Assembly: GCA_937625935.1 (NCBI GenBank)
Contig: OW569375.1
Span: 62,001-126,000 of the forward strand
Length of the DNA: 64,000 nt
From: Tetramitus jugosus
Taxonomy: Eukaryota; Protista; Heterolobosea
Direction: 5' to 3'
The translations under genes were made by a program, and so were the position numbers. Under the pieces are notes generated by a model. It had not been told where the DNA came from, did no database searches, and was given only the letters and a program-made list of their open reading frames with translations. Each line of letters opens with the position of its first letter. Position 1 is the stretch's first letter. Below, in pieces: positions 8,534-21,700 of the stretch.

Positions 8534-11407
8534 TTATGTATCCTTTTTCTTTTTAGACAAGTACTTGTCTACAGAACTATCAATGTACTTTTGAATCTTG
8601 AGCTGTGTAGAAGGATTTTCGAGGTGTGGAAGTTTCTCCTTGCTTGCTATCTTGTGCGAAATTGTTCGGCACAGATTCTTAAACTCCTCCTTGTCCTTTA
8701 TGATACCACTCTGATAATATTTTTGCATCTGCTTTTTGACTATATCACCAGCCTTCTTCTTCAAAAGTTTCTTATCAGCTGGAGAGTCAGCAACAGGTGC
8801 CTCAATCTGTAAAACAACATCAAGATTAGGATTCTTGGCAAATGGATCAAAGTCCATCCTTCTTTCCTCGTGGGTTATCTTTTTCCTGGGAGGTGAGGGT
8901 TCAACAACACTCGATACAGTGCCAAACTTTGGAATGAATGAGGATTTCTGTGTCATATTCAACTCATTGAACAAGTCTTCGTCAATACCTGTTACTGTAG
9001 AACTCATTGGAGATGGCTCATTCCTAGAAGGAGGAAAATTGTCATTCACTTGATAAGATGATTCACTGTTCCTCTCATTATTCAACGTATCGCGAGACTG
9101 TTGATTCACATTGCGGTTATCTCTATAATTACTGAAGTCTCTCTGGTCATTGTGTCGATTCATTGATCGATGATCATTGGTCCTTGGTTCCTTTGTCCTA
9201 GGTTCGTCATCTTTGTAATAGTCTCTATCTCTCTTTCTGTTGTCATTTTGATGGAAAGAAGAGTATTTTGGAGGACTACGATTGTACTGACCTCCACTAC
9301 CTCTTCGGTTTTGATGATCATGAACAGGAGAATTGTCCTTTCTCCTTGTGGGTGACCTGTCATTATATCCTCTTCGGTTGTATTTAGGTGGAGAGCGACC
9401 TCTGCGATCTGTGCGCTCAGGGGAACGGCGAGAGGGAGAATTTTTGTTAGTTCGATAATGGCTATCATTGTCCGGATATCTCTTGTTGTCTCGAGGCTGC
9501 GCGCTTCTCACATCATACCTCTTGTCATTGTTTGTGGAGTACCGATCCTCTGTCCTCGAACGCTTGTTATGGTAGCTGCTTGCTTCATTGTCGCGATTGT
9601 TGTATCGTGTATCATGGCGAGATGAATCACGAGCTAATCTTTCCTTTTCATCATCCCTTTTATCAGAACTTCGGATAGAGCCAGCATCCTCTCTATGATC
9701 ACTATTCCTTCGTTTGTTGTCAGGAGTTCTGATTTTCATCTCTACGCTCGGATGATGAGTCGAAGAATCCATAGGGTGATTGCCTTTTGCTGACTTGAAA
9801 ACAGATTCAGTAATCTTTTGGTCAGATTTTGGAGTAATCTTTTGGCCAGATCCTGAGGGCAGAGGAGCTTCATCCAATTGTTGGTTGTTAGATATCTTCT
9901 TGGGAATTTTTACACCTTTCAAAAGCTCAGAAGGCTTTTCAACAATTTCTTCATACTCTCTTGATGGTTGTGGCCTCTCTCCCTTTGAAACCGCTTCCAC
10001 ACCCTCAGCAGCGTCCTCATTGTTCAATGTGGAGTGTTTCTCGTTGGGTGATCCATCACTACTCTTTGCTGCTTTGGTTGTTTTGTTCTGATCGCTCCTA
10101 CTCACTCTTCTTGTCGAAGTTTTACCCCTCTCTGATGTACGCTTCTGCTTTGCTGGTGTTTCCACAGGCTCAAAATCCTCAAAATTAACTTCCTCTTCGG
10201 AGTCAACATGGGAACGAGTGGTTTGTTTCCTTCTGGAAACGCTTCTTCTCCGTCTAGTTGTTTCTGATTTGATAGTCTCCTTTGTCTCCTCCTTTGCTCG
10301 AGAGTTTGTCAGAGTGTTCTTAGACTCGCGGTCATTATTTTTGACAGACTCCTCATCATCGCTACTTGATGAATCACTGGCGATTCTAGCTCTATTGAAT
10401 AGCCTTCTTCTCTTTGGTTTTGGTTCTTCTTCTGTAGTTTCTTGATTCTTACTGCTATCCTCTGCACTTTGGTTAGTGACCTCTGAGGCATGTGTCTCTT
10501 CTTTGTCTTCTGCATCCTTCTGATCTTCACTGCTAGATCGATTCCTTCTCTTTCTTCTTCTCTTGGTTACGGATGATTTTTCCTTCTCTTCTTCTTCTTC
10601 CTCTTCCTCCTTTTCTTCCTTCGATTCAGTGCTTGGTGCCGAATTCGTTTCTTCAACATTGGAATTGTCATCCACCATGGCTGAATCATCATATTCAGCA
10701 ACTTTCTCAGGGAGGGAAGATGACTTTGGTTGTTGAGTCATGTCTTGTGGTACAGGTTGCTCATGAGAACTCTCTTGTTTCTCTTGTGCTGCTTCTTGTT
10801 GTTCAGCACCAGAAACCACCTTTGGCTGTTCTTCCACATGATTGCTAATACTTTCAATCACCAACTGTTGTGGTAGTTCTTGTCGTTCTTGATGATTTGC
10901 CTCTTGAGTGTTGCTTTTATCAATGCCGTTCGTATCGCTCGTTGCTACCTCTTGTTTCTTCTCTATTTTGGGTTCAACAGCTGTTTTCTCTTCTTCCACT
11001 TCTTCTTCCTCTGAAGCTTCGACACGAATGGAACGTCTCAGAATTCTTCTCCGTTTGGGAGCTGTAGCGCTTGTCGGAGTTTCTTCACAATTTTTCTCGT
11101 CGGTTAACAAAGTTTTAGGTTGAATGGTCAAGGAGGGAAGATCCATCTTTGAAGCTTCTGTATTGGAAGCTACTTGTGGTAATGTATTCGTGGATGTCTC
11201 CTCCTCGACAACAACATCTTTTTGTTGTTCGCTCTTTTTCGTTGTTGTTGCGTTTTTTGAAAGATGAGAGGGTGATTGAGGAGATTGTATTGTTGTGGTT
11301 GATGAGGGTATTGTTACATTGGGAGTTGGTGGTTGATTTTGTTGTTGTTCATCATTTTCGGTGTCATCATCTCCAATGATTTTGGGTCTTTTGAATTTTC
11401 TGGCCAT
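8534..11407 (-). CDS. Low-complexity RS/RD-rich protein with C-terminal SRI/SCAF-type Pol II CTD-binding domain
   Basis: C-terminus IVKKQMQKYYQSGIIKDKEEFKNLCRTISHKI...KIQKYIDSSVDKY resembles SRI / PHRF1-SCAF11 C-terminal domains; RSP repeats upstream. Confidence 0.7.
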   Translation of the reverse strand: MARKFKRPKIIGDDDTENDEQQQNQPPTPNVTIPSSTTTIQSPQSPSHLSKNATTTKKSEQQKDVVVEEETSTNTLPQVASNTEASKMDLPSLTIQPKTLLTDEKNCEETPTSATAPKRRRILRRSIRVEASEEEEVEEEKTAVEPKIEKKQEVATSDTNGIDKSNTQEANHQERQELPQQLVIESISNHVEEQPKVVSGAEQQEAAQEKQESSHEQPVPQDMTQQPKSSSLPEKVAEYDDSAMVDDNSNVEETNSAPSTESKEEKEEEEEEEEKEKSSVTKRRRKRRNRSSSEDQKDAEDKEETHASEVTNQSAEDSSKNQETTEEEPKPKRRRLFNRARIASDSSSSDDEESVKNNDRESKNTLTNSRAKEETKETIKSETTRRRRSVSRRKQTTRSHVDSEEEVNFEDFEPVETPAKQKRTSERGKTSTRRVSRSDQNKTTKAAKSSDGSPNEKHSTLNNEDAAEGVEAVSKGERPQPSREYEEIVEKPSELLKGVKIPKKISNNQQLDEAPLPSGSGQKITPKSDQKITESVFKSAKGNHPMDSSTHHPSVEMKIRTPDNKRRNSDHREDAGSIRSSDKRDDEKERLARDSSRHDTRYNNRDNEASSYHNKRSRTEDRYSTNNDKRYDVRSAQPRDNKRYPDNDSHYRTNKNSPSRRSPERTDRRGRSPPKYNRRGYNDRSPTRRKDNSPVHDHQNRRGSGGQYNRSPPKYSSFHQNDNRKRDRDYYKDDEPRTKEPRTNDHRSMNRHNDQRDFSNYRDNRNVNQQSRDTLNNERNSESSYQVNDNFPPSRNEPSPMSSTVTGIDEDLFNELNMTQKSSFIPKFGTVSSVVEPSPPRKKITHEERRMDFDPFAKNPNLDVVLQIEAPVADSPADKKLLKKKAGDIVKKQMQKYYQSGIIKDKEEFKNLCRTISHKIASKEKLPHLENPSTQLKIQKYIDSSVDKYLSKKKKDT

Positions 11408-11687
11408 TTTCCTATGATTCTTCACACACAATCGAAAGCTCTCTAGTTGTTCGTTGGGGAGATATCAAAATATGTCAATGTGATGCGATCAAAAAACTGA
11501 ACTTGGACTTTGAAGGAGTTACTCAAAAAGCTTTTTGTTATTGGTCAGAGTTGATGCTTCAAGAATGTGGAGTTTCTGTTTGCCCGATTAGAAAAAAAAC
11601 TTGTTGAATATTCTTCGTTGTAAACTCCTTCTCCGATAAGACAAAAAGCTTTCTTGCTTGATTGAGAGGAAAAAAGCAAAACACAAA

Positions 11688-12443
11688 ATGGTCAAGAAAG
11701 CAACAACAAGCGGTACTCAGCTGACGCAGAGAACCAAGAATGCGTCAGAAGCAGCATCTTCTGCTCCTGCTGCCTCACATGCTCAACAACACTTTATTGT
11801 CAGTCCTTTTTTGGTTTATGAGGCACAGCGATCACTGATCAGAGACGATGTGATGGCAACACACAAACTAACGAACCCTGCTGCCATAAAGGAAGAATCA
11901 AACAATGTCATGCATCAAGGTGGATTCAAAAAAAGAACCATCAAAAAGAGCATTTTCGGAGTTTCTTCCCAGGACCAGGATGAAGACTTGGAGAAGAAGG
12001 GACTTGGATTCAAAATTTGTTGCTGTTGTTGTTATTTAGGAAAAAAGCATTTCAATATTGGATTCGGATGGGTGATTATGGCTGTCATCGTTCTCATGTT
12101 GTGCGGTGTAGCCTTCTTGAAATTTGGTGAAAATATTTGGTACGTTCAATCCGTGTACGATTTGGAGAAGATTGACTATTATTCAGTTTTGGATGTGAAG
12201 CGTGATGCGACAGCGAGGGATATTAAGCGGGCTCATCGTCAAATGGTGCTCAAGTGGCATCCTGATAAGAATCCTGACTGTGGTGACGAATGTGTGCAAA
12301 AGATGTCCAAGATTACGGAAGCTTATATTGTACTATCGGATGATGAAACACGACAATTCCACGACACGTATGAAGTGAAGCCTCCAGAGAAGATGATCCA
12401 AAAGGCTAGAGAACAACAGCATTCCAAGAAGAAGAAGAAGTAA
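11688..12443 (+). CDS. Membrane-anchored DnaJ-domain protein
   Basis: CCCCC string, one TM helix, then J-domain DYYSVL...IKRAHR...KWHPDKN. Confidence 0.9.
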   Translation: MVKKATTSGTQLTQRTKNASEAASSAPAASHAQQHFIVSPFLVYEAQRSLIRDDVMATHKLTNPAAIKEESNNVMHQGGFKKRTIKKSIFGVSSQDQDEDLEKKGLGFKICCCCCYLGKKHFNIGFGWVIMAVIVLMLCGVAFLKFGENIWYVQSVYDLEKIDYYSVLDVKRDATARDIKRAHRQMVLKWHPDKNPDCGDECVQKMSKITEAYIVLSDDETRQFHDTYEVKPPEKMIQKAREQQHSKKKKK

Positions 12444-12917
12444 TGCTTCTCTCGAGAATCGATAGATCATGTATGACCTGTGTATGTGATGCTTTGTACC
12501 CATTTACGTGATGATGATGGAAAGCACAATATTGCAGAGGATACAGACATTTGCATTCTGCGCTTCTCTATTGTGTGTTTTGCAAGTTGGTGAACGCATC
12601 ACACACGACTGTATCATTTACGTATTCAAATAAATAAGAATAGAAACATTGCGTATACAACCAAGTGTTAATTGTTACGTTCAACATCAACACGCGAACT
12701 TTGCTCACACACGGGTGCGACACAACACGCACAAGAGAAGTTCGCGTGTTTCCCTCCGATTCGCGAATTTTCGTTCGTTACGAGAATCTATTTTCGAAAC
12801 ATAGCAACAATCCTCCGTGGATTTTTCTCTGCAATTCTTTGAGATGATTTCCATATCATAAGCAACAACAAACCATATCAAACCCACCACCCATCACCAC
12901 TTAAAAGACACGCACAC

Positions 12918-15211
12918 ATGAAAACACGGCCGTTTTTGACTTTGGCAGTGTTAGCTACACTGCTTTACTGTTGCATGATATGCTGCATGACATTATCCGT
13001 TTTTGCTGAGACTACACAAGATGATTCTGTGAGCTACTTGCCAGGATATGGTCCTATCCTTGGAAATGTAAGTGGTAGAGCTCATAAGCTTTCCTTTCTT
13101 TGTTTTTTTTAACGGTCGTATTGACAGTTTTCTTTGCTTTTTTGGGTTTGGATCAAAAAGGACATTTTTGCGGGCTATGTCGATGTAAAGGAAGGAGAAT
13201 CCGAGGGATCACTTTTTTATTGGTTCGTAGGACATGCAAAGGGTAACAAGGATGCTCCAATTGTTGTTTGGTCCAACGGCGGTCCAGTAAGTGTTTTTCA
13301 ACAACCTTCTTTTTTGTAATTACGGAACTTGGGAGTTTTTGACGAACTGTTTGTATTTTTTGTTACAATGTTTTTCTTTTTGCAGGGCTCTTCAGCGTTG
13401 ATTGGATTTTTTGCAGAACTAGGTCCATTCCGAGTGCAACCAGATTTGAGTCTATCTGTGAATCCGCATTCATGGACAAACATTGCAAACATGTTATTTA
13501 TTGATCATCCAGTATGTTTTCACCTTCTTTTCATACCATCATACAATCTTGAATTTTTACTAATCAATTAAAAATGATTGATGGATACATTCTATAGATT
13601 GGTACAGGCATGAGTTATGCAAACAACAATGATACTTTTTCAAAGAATCAAGATCATGTCAGCTCTCATTTGTTAACTGTGTTGGAACACTTTTATAAGA
13701 AGCATCCAGAATACAGGAAGAATGAACTGTTTTTGACGGGAGAGAGTTATGCTGGAAAGTATATGCCTACGTTGGCTGAAAGGATCATCCGACTGAAGGA
13801 GAAGGGGCTTTGTGACATTAACTTGCAAGGTATCGTATTGGGTGATGCCTTTGTTGCTCCCATGGTTCAAAGATTGATCAAGGGAGAGCAAGCGTATTGG
13901 AATGGCTTGATGGGTCATTCCCAACTAGAACAGATCAAAACCATTCAATCGCGGTGCATACGGCACATCCAAGACGGCAATACACATCAGATTCCAAGTC
14001 CTTGTGAAGACTTGAAATCTTACATGCTTCTCGCAGCAGGTATTGTCAACGTGTATGATGTTCGTAAGTTTGTTCCATCGACGAACAAGACATTGATTGA
14101 TAAATATTTGAATCAGGATGTTGTCCGAACAGCTCTACACGTTCCTGCAGAGAAGAAAAAGTACAGCACCAATGCAAAGTCCGATGTGTATGTCAATATG
14201 AAGTACGACATTTTGCGATCAGTCAAACATTTGATTCCATTCCTCATGAAGCACGTTCGTATTCTTCTATACAATGGAAACTTTGACCTTCAGGATGGTC
14301 CAGTTGGTACTGAGCAATATCTTTTCTCACTTGGCATTCCTGAATTCAGGAGAGCTCCAAGAAACTTGTGGTTCGTGGATCAAAAGATTGCCGGTTATGA
14401 ATGGTCTCATGATTCCTTGACGTTCCTTACTGTTCATGGAGCAGGTCACTTTGTCCCAACAGATCGTCCTGTGACTGGTATTGAGATGATTCGAAAGTTT
14501 TTGAACAACGAAAAGTATTGCAAGGAGAATGAAACAGTCCCTCTCTCATTCACTACGTTGACACCTGATGAGTTTAGAGAGTATCTAGAGGTTGATGAAA
14601 AAGGAGAGCACAGAGTCCCATGTGCTATCACTAGTGAAGTGCTGTGTAAGAAACTCATGAAGGATTGCTATGGTAATGGACATTGTGAACGGGGACATTG
14701 TCTTTGCAAGCCTGGTTTCACTGGAGAGGATTGCTCATCAGTTATTGTAGACTCCTTAAAACCCAAGCAGAAATCGCAAAATAGAGCGGAACAACAAGAT
14801 TGGATCTACTACAAACTACAAAATGGTGTTCATGATGGCTATATTCACATTGAGCTGCAAGTGAACAATGCCTCAGCAATCCCCGAATTACAGACTCCTA
14901 TGACATATGATCCATATCACGCTGGTGAAGGTCATGGTGGCGATCAGCCTTTTGGAGGTGTTTGTGTCTATGTGCGAAGAGGAGACATGCCAACACATGT
15001 CTCTTACGATAGTGTTCAATGCTTTAGAGAGATTTCGAACGGTTCATTCATCGCTCCAGTTGTGCGCTCCTCTAATGAAGCACCCATCTATGTTGGTGTT
15101 TTCAATGCCCAGCCATTCAAGGTTCTCTTCGACTTGCGCTATGATCTGCTCACCCAAGACTCTTTCGTTTCGCGGCTGACGGAGAAGACCAGCAGTCATG
15201 ATGAATTGTAA
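12918..15211 (+). CDS. Serine carboxypeptidase (S10) with C-terminal EGF-like and beta-sandwich domains, HDEL end; 4 exons (12918-13067, 13161-13286, 13386-13511, 13598-15211)
   Basis: Signal peptide; spliced motifs WSNGGP|GSS, DHP|IGTGMSY, catalytic GESYAG, NGNFDL, VHGAGHFVP; EGF CYGNGHCERGHCLCKPGFTGEDC; all three introns GT-AG and frame-preserving. Confidence 0.92.
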
Positions 15212-15249
15212 AGACACAAATAAATTGTATAAACGTTAATTATATTAAA

Positions 15250-16311
15250 CTAATTGGTTGTCTTCTTGCCATATTTACACAATCTGGCCAATAAAGCACT
15301 CAATTGAAGCTGCGACTGCACACCATCCACCATTCTCATGTGACTCATTCCAATTTCCTTGATAAATTCCAATTGCACATACTCTGTCAACAATTGGTTA
15401 CTGTTTCGACGCACCACCTTGGCCAATGTTTTTATAATGTCCTGAGAACTGTATCCCTTTTGTACCAAATAGTTTAATCTCTCTTGTGCCTTCATCAGAT
15501 TCTTTTGAGCACAGAATGTGATCAATTGTGTGACAACAAGCGGATGTGGCTGATCGCACACCTTGAACACATTCTCTGCATTCACAAATCCCAATCCTTG
15601 CCAAGTAGCCTGCAAATGATTCAAACCATTTCTCAAATCACCCTCCGATGTATAGACTAGTGCTTCGAGACCATCTGGCACATGAGTCACCTGCTCTTGT
15701 TTGATGATGTACATGAGTCGAGTCAACAACTCCTCATCAGTCAATCTCCTAAATCTCACCAGTGCACACCGACTCTGAATCGGTTCAATAATTTTACTGC
15801 TATCATTGCAAGCAAACGCAAATCTGGTTGTTGCAGAATACAGTTCCATAATTCTTCTCAGAGCTTGTTGAGCACCAGTGCTCATACTGTCTGCCTCATC
15901 CAGAATAATGAGCTTGTGCCTGTTGGGAGGCAGAGTCACCTTTTTCTGAGCAAACATTTTGATTTGATTTCTGACAACGTCCAACGTTCTTGCATCACTG
16001 GCATTGAGCTCCAGTACGGCATCACGGTACACATTGGAACCCAATAGCTCTCTTGCCAAGCACATGACACTTGTAGTTTTTCCTATGCCTGGAGGACCAC
16101 TGATAATCAGATTGGGCATGTTACCTTGTTGAGAGATGACTTGGAGACGACTCACAGCTTCAGTGTTGCCTACAATGTCTTTAATATGGATGGGGCGATA
16201 CTTTTCTACCCATGGTAGCTCTAGAGCTAACGATGGAGTAGTCGTGGTGGTGGTGGTTGTTGTTGTTGGAGTCGTCGTGGTGCTTTGCTCCTGTGGCTGG
16301 ACTTGGCTCAT
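15250..16311 (-). CDS. RFC2: Replication factor C small subunit (RFC2/yeast Rfc4 type)
   Basis: PWVEKYRP, Walker [29 protein letters not shown] motif, CDQPHP. Confidence 0.95.
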   Translation of the reverse strand: MSQVQPQEQSTTTTPTTTTTTTTTTPSLALELPWVEKYRPIHIKDIVGNTEAVSRLQVISQQGNMPNLIISGPPGIGKTTSVMCLARELLGSNVYRDAVLELNASDARTLDVVRNQIKMFAQKKVTLPPNRHKLIILDEADSMSTGAQQALRRIMELYSATTRFAFACNDSSKIIEPIQSRCALVRFRRLTDEELLTRLMYIIKQEQVTHVPDGLEALVYTSEGDLRNGLNHLQATWQGLGFVNAENVFKVCDQPHPLVVTQLITFCAQKNLMKAQERLNYLVQKGYSSQDIIKTLAKVVRRNSNQLLTEYVQLEFIKEIGMSHMRMVDGVQSQLQLSALLARLCKYGKKTTN

Positions 16312-16421
16312 TGTTCTTTGTGATTTTTTGGCTGTTGTGAAGGGTTTTTTGGCGCCAATCTTTTTTCACTACTTCCTTGAAAATCTGGAAGTGAATTTTG
16401 GCGGCAAAAATATACACTTTT

Positions 16422-18295
16422 TTATTCTTCTTCTTCAGGTCTGTCAGGCAGTCTGGGGCTGTCTGGTTGTTCGAGTCGCACATGAAGTTCCTCTGTTAGT
16501 TGCAGTGAAGAAAGGTCATGAGATGCATGACTGTCATCGTGATCTCTCGTTCCTCCTGTTGTCGTCTTGAACAATTCTGGGTTGATCACAGCTTCTCCAG
16601 AGTTGTCAATCTGGTTGGATGGCAAGAAGAAGATGGCCAACAGAATTCCATAATAGTTGGCCAGAGGGAGCAAGGACAAATATTGAGCGGCATTGTTTGC
16701 ATAATCGAACATGACAAATGTCACAAAATCGGCTGCCACAATCAACAGTAGCACAAAGGTCAGAATGAAGAACATTTTGAATCTTGTCCTGCTCGATTTC
16801 AAATCAATTGCACCTCTAGGATCATCGATCGTGTTGTTTGCTGTTTCCACAATGTCGTTGCCTCCAACTGCTTTGACCATATAAAACAATATCTGCAACA
16901 ACAAAAGCGCACCAATAAAGGCAATAATGATTCTCAGTGAACCAAAGAATGGAATGTCTTTCATGCTGATGGTAGGGTCAGTAACCTCGTTGAATCTCTC
17001 CCATGACAAAACAAGTGTAATGAGCAACCACAAAGCAGATACCAGGAAGAACTTTGGCAGATAGAATGATAGGAAAGTTCGTTGCTTGGGTGCGACCAGC
17101 GCCGAATGAGTCATCACCAAAATAAATAATAGGAAAATAGCGGCAAAAGTCGATTGGAAGAGAATGTTCAGCAATGGGAAGAACCAGTGATTCGCTGTCC
17201 ACTCACCAATGAAAAATGGATTGTTGAACATGTTGAGACCCAATAGAAACAGTGCGACCCATTTCTGTTCAGTCTTGCAGTAGGACCACTCTTGGCTATA
17301 GAGCAGAGATGCCATGTAAAATAAGGTTACTACGACACTCATTCCCAAAAAGATCATGCGCATCGATGTTTCAAAAGCAGTGTACTCTGGATTCGTATAT
17401 TCAAACTTTGTAAACAACACATCTTCAAAAAATCCTGCTTCATACAACTCCTTCACATTCAAAAATTTCACCATGATTTGATAGTAGGGATACACAATGT
17501 ACCGTTGTCTAAACACCACTACTGGTGAACAGAAATAACTATCACTCTATTGATTCATGACATGATCAAACAACAACAAGAACAACAATTCGGCACAATA
17601 AAAATGAATGAGATGTTGCACGTTCGCACACAAATGCACAAGACAAAAAACATCAAAGATCACACAGCACTTACAGAACAGTCCAACGACCTCGTATGTC
17701 TTTGAATTTGTCTAAACGGTTCTCCAAATCGATCATCCTTTGAATATTTGCCCGAAACAGAAACATCCATCAATAAATCATTCTTGAACAGTTCTTTGAA
17801 TTGATCCTTTTGCTTCAATAGAATACTGAGAGAGATTTCCTGATTGACTTTCCTGACTTTGGTATCCGTGTCTGCTACCAACGAAGAAGAACCATCCTTT
17901 GATCATCACATGAAAGTGTGAAAATATTGAACCAACAACAGCAATATGTTGCAAATACATGATAATGAACACACAACAAACTACAGATGATAACATACGA
18001 AAATGTTACGAAACGTCAGAGACAAGTTCTCCTTGATTTCAGGCTCAATTTTTTCAAAAACAAATTGCTGAACAGTTGGTGCTATCATGCATGACGTCAC
18101 GTGTTGTTAATACTGTGTGAGTTCAACAACAAACAAAATCTTTCAAAGAAAAATGCACCAGACACACATACCAAAGAAGAGAACAGACAATGATCCTATA
18201 ATGGTAATGAGGAAGAAGAGACATGTGATAAATATGGACGATGTGGGTAACACATCAATCAACACAGAGTACGTCTGTTTTCTGCGAGACGACAT
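16422..18295 (-). CDS. TMEM181: TMEM181 / Wntless-like multi-pass membrane protein, 4 exons
   Basis: Exon 1 MSSRRKQTYSVLIDVL...FF; three GT-AG introns join it in frame to the 16422-17519 ORF; motifs NPEYTAFE..MR..F, EQKWV..L..L...NNPFF, FYLPKF. Confidence 0.8.
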
Positions 18296-18571
18296 TTTGG
18301 TTCTTTCTGTTTTGTTTTTTCTTTGATGGAAAACCCCGAATCACAGATCAATCCGATTGATTCGTTGATCAAAACAAAAAAAACCAAAGAACAAGCATTG
18401 TGATGTGATGATGATGAAAAAAGAGAGATGAGTAACTTTGAATTGAGGATAACATGAATACAGGACATGCACGACCAAAGAGGAACACCTGACGGCAAAA
18501 TCGAGTGGACGAGCGAAAAAGATAGAGTAATTCTCCGCTCGATTTTTTGACATTTGACACATTATCAACAA

Positions 18572-18644
18572 GCCCGTCTAGCTCAGTCGGTAGAGCGCAA
18601 GGCTCTTAACCTTGTGGTCGAGGGTTCGAGCCCCTCGGTGGGCG
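18572..18644 (+). tRNA. tRNA-Lys (CUU)
   Basis: GCCCGTC acceptor stem, D-arm TAGCTCAGTCGGTAGAGC, anticodon loop CT-CTT-AA, T-loop GGTTCGAGCC, T-run terminator downstream. Confidence 0.97.
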
Positions 18645-18700
18645 ATGTGATTTTTGATTCATTTTGGACAACTACGGTTAGACAAACAGAACTAGTTCAT

Positions 18701-21700
18701 ATGAGCCTATGGCGTAACATAAAATCAAAGGTTGGACATTTTGTAGTGCGAGAGGATGGTGATGTTGATACCTCAGTTCAGTATCCAATCACTGAGGATA
18801 ACAAGGACAAGACAACTTGCTCCTCTTCAAACCGAAATCCTCTCATCCAATCAGTTGAAAATGTCAGCGATACTACATCTGATTCGAGTTTTCTCAGCTC
18901 TGAGAGTTCATCGGCCTCCTCTAGTGATAACACATCGAACCACCAATTAAGAAAGAGTTTAAGTGGCGCTGAACTGGAATCAGTCATCGGGTTGACTTCT
19001 CCTCAGAGTAATGGTTCAAAGGGTGTCAAGGGCAATCCAAGTAAAATAGTGTCCATAGCGGAGGAAACCTACATTCCACTTGAGTATGCTCGAGAGAAGA
19101 TTAAGAAGATGTTGCTCGACTGGACAAAGCTCAAGCAAGAGTACCTTTTAGCGTTGAAAGACACCGATGAGCGGTACAAACAAACAGAAAGAGAACATTT
19201 AGTAAGTGCTTTTGATACAAACAAGATCTAGAATGACAAAGACTAACCCTTCAGTGAAGGATCAAGTGGAACAATTAGAAAAATCCATGAAGAAGAGCAA
19301 GAAAGAAATTGAAAAGCTCTCGGGGATCATATCTCATTTGAAATCCGATATATACGAAGTCAATAAACAGTTAGAAGATCGGTACTATGAGTTGCAAGAC
19401 TCAAAGTTGAGTGCGATGCAAGAAAAGCAAAAATATGAAAGTGCTCAACTCCAGCTGACAGAATTACAAGAGAGTATGGTTATTAATTTACAACAACTGA
19501 ACAACTATGAAAAACAGTTTGAAGAGTATGAACAACGAAAAAGAGAGAGTGAAGAGCAGGTTGCGAAGCTCACGGAAGATATAAAAATTTTGAGGGAGTT
19601 GGAAAGTAGACGAAAGGAGGCAGAAGATTTAGTGACAAGGTTAACATTAGAATTAGAGGAGAAGAAGAAAGTGATAGATGACTTAAGTGAGCAGATCATC
19701 ACCAAAACGAGTTCTACACAGGAGGTCGCAGCAGTTTCAGAATTTCAAGCAATGGAACCTGTATTGAGAGTAAATGAACAACACGAGGAGACGGAGAAGA
19801 AACTCACAGATGCGTTGTCTCAGTTAACCAAACGAAATGAAGAATTCAAGAAGAAAGAACAGGAAGCGGAAGTTTCTTCATCTCAAATTCTGAGGTTGCA
19901 AGAAGAACTCGCCGAAGTGTCTCAGAAAATTGCTTCCATGAAAGGAAAGCAATTGACAAGCAATGGTGGAACCTTGTTCGGGGAGAAGGAAACGTTTGCT
20001 TTTGTGAAACAAGAAAAAGAAGAAGATGACTTCATCCATCAACAAACTCCAATACTTTCTGATTCGAAACAACTCATCGATTCGTTTCAAGTCATAGCTC
20101 CTGTACAACAAAAAGAAGAAGATGCCATGAAGAAGTTAAGGGAGAATGTGATCCGTCTGGAGAAGGAAGTTCTGGAAAAATCAACAGAATTAGAACAGCT
20201 TCATCAGAATGCAGAGGAACGAATCTCTCTGTTTCAGCAGAAGTTAATGCATTTGGAAGCAGATTTAGCCTCTTATCGAGAGAAGGGAACAGAGAGTGAA
20301 AATGTTAAAGAACTTCATTCCAGTGAGGTGGAGAAGCTGTCTCAGAAGTTTTCCGAGTACCAAAGCAAGGTCAAACTTCAAACTGAACAGATATCAAAGA
20401 TGACCAGGAAGATTGAGGAGTACAGATTGAAACTCAGAGAGGCTAGACAGGAGCTAGCTGCGATTCAGAAAAAGGGGAGCGAACCAACTGAACAAGAGAC
20501 ATTATTACAGATTGAGAATGGGATGATGAAACAAAAACTGTCAGATTACAACGATGTGTTAGCAATCAAGACAAACCTAGAGGATCAGATCAATGAATTA
20601 ACGAAGACAATAATGGAATTGGAGCGAAACAAGGAAAGTCACAGCGATATGATGGAAACAATCAAGAACAAGTATTCCAAGAAACTGGAGATGGTCGAAC
20701 ATAAGTATCAGGAGAAACTAAAGAGCCAAACTATTGTGTATCAGAAACAACTCCAAGAGGCTCAACAATCTTCAACGAACAGTGCCAATGAGGCTACGGG
20801 AAAGATAAAAGAACTAGAACTCAAGAATTCTTATCTAGATGGGAAGTTACACTCAGCAAACCAAACAGTAGAGCAGCTAACGGACAGTGTCAACAAGAAG
20901 ACCGAGGAAAATGATGATCTTCTGAGAAGAGTCAACTCTCTTGAGAAAACAACATATGAGATAGAATCGATGAGACAGACAATAGAAGAAGCGAAGGAAC
21001 AACTGAACAAAGAACGGCTGCGATTTTCTGACTTGGAAAGGGAGTTTAAGGAATCAGAATCAATGAGAAGAAAGCTGCACAATGAGAAAGAAGATTCCAA
21101 GGGCAAGATTCGTGTGTACGCAAGATGTAGACCACTTAGTAAATCAGAACGTGCCAATGACAACAAAATCTCAGTCGGAATTTTTGACGAATCAACTATC
21201 AGAGTGATTCCCAAGAAGAAAGATTTTGTGTTCAGCCAAGTGTTTGGAGACGACTCCACACAAGAAGAAGTGTTCAAGCATACTTCGGATCTGATTCAAA
21301 GTGCATTAGACGGTTACAATGTATGTATTTTCGCATATGGTCAAACGGGAAGTGGAAAAACGTTTACGATTGCCGGAGGTGACACACCTGAATCAGAGGG
21401 GGTCGTTCCTCGTTCAATAAGGCACATGTTTAAATTATTTGAGAAGAACAAGAAAATATATTCATATGAAGTAGAGTGCTACATGTTGGAGTTATACTTG
21501 GATGATTTGTACGATCTTTTTAGTCCAAAACAGAAAGGAGATCTCAAAATTAAAAAGGATAACAGTGGTAACGTAGTGGTCGTTGGTGTCACAAAGAAAA
21601 AAGCGACTACATGGAAGGAATTGTACGAAATTTACAACAGTGGAGGACTGAATAGACATACAAGACAAACCAAAATGAATGAGGCTAGCTCTCGGTCTCA

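Noticed and set aside
12444-12640. Possible SECIS or snoRNA in the DnaJ 3' region (ATGA..., TGTGATGC/GCATCACA stem)
   Set aside because: No properly spaced AA loop or GA quartet, no box D partner, and no in-frame TGA in the gene.
18554-18700. ORF-track extension of the kinesin 5' end through the tRNA-Lys gene
   Set aside because: It starts at TTG and merely reads through the tRNA; ATG 18701 is the plausible start.
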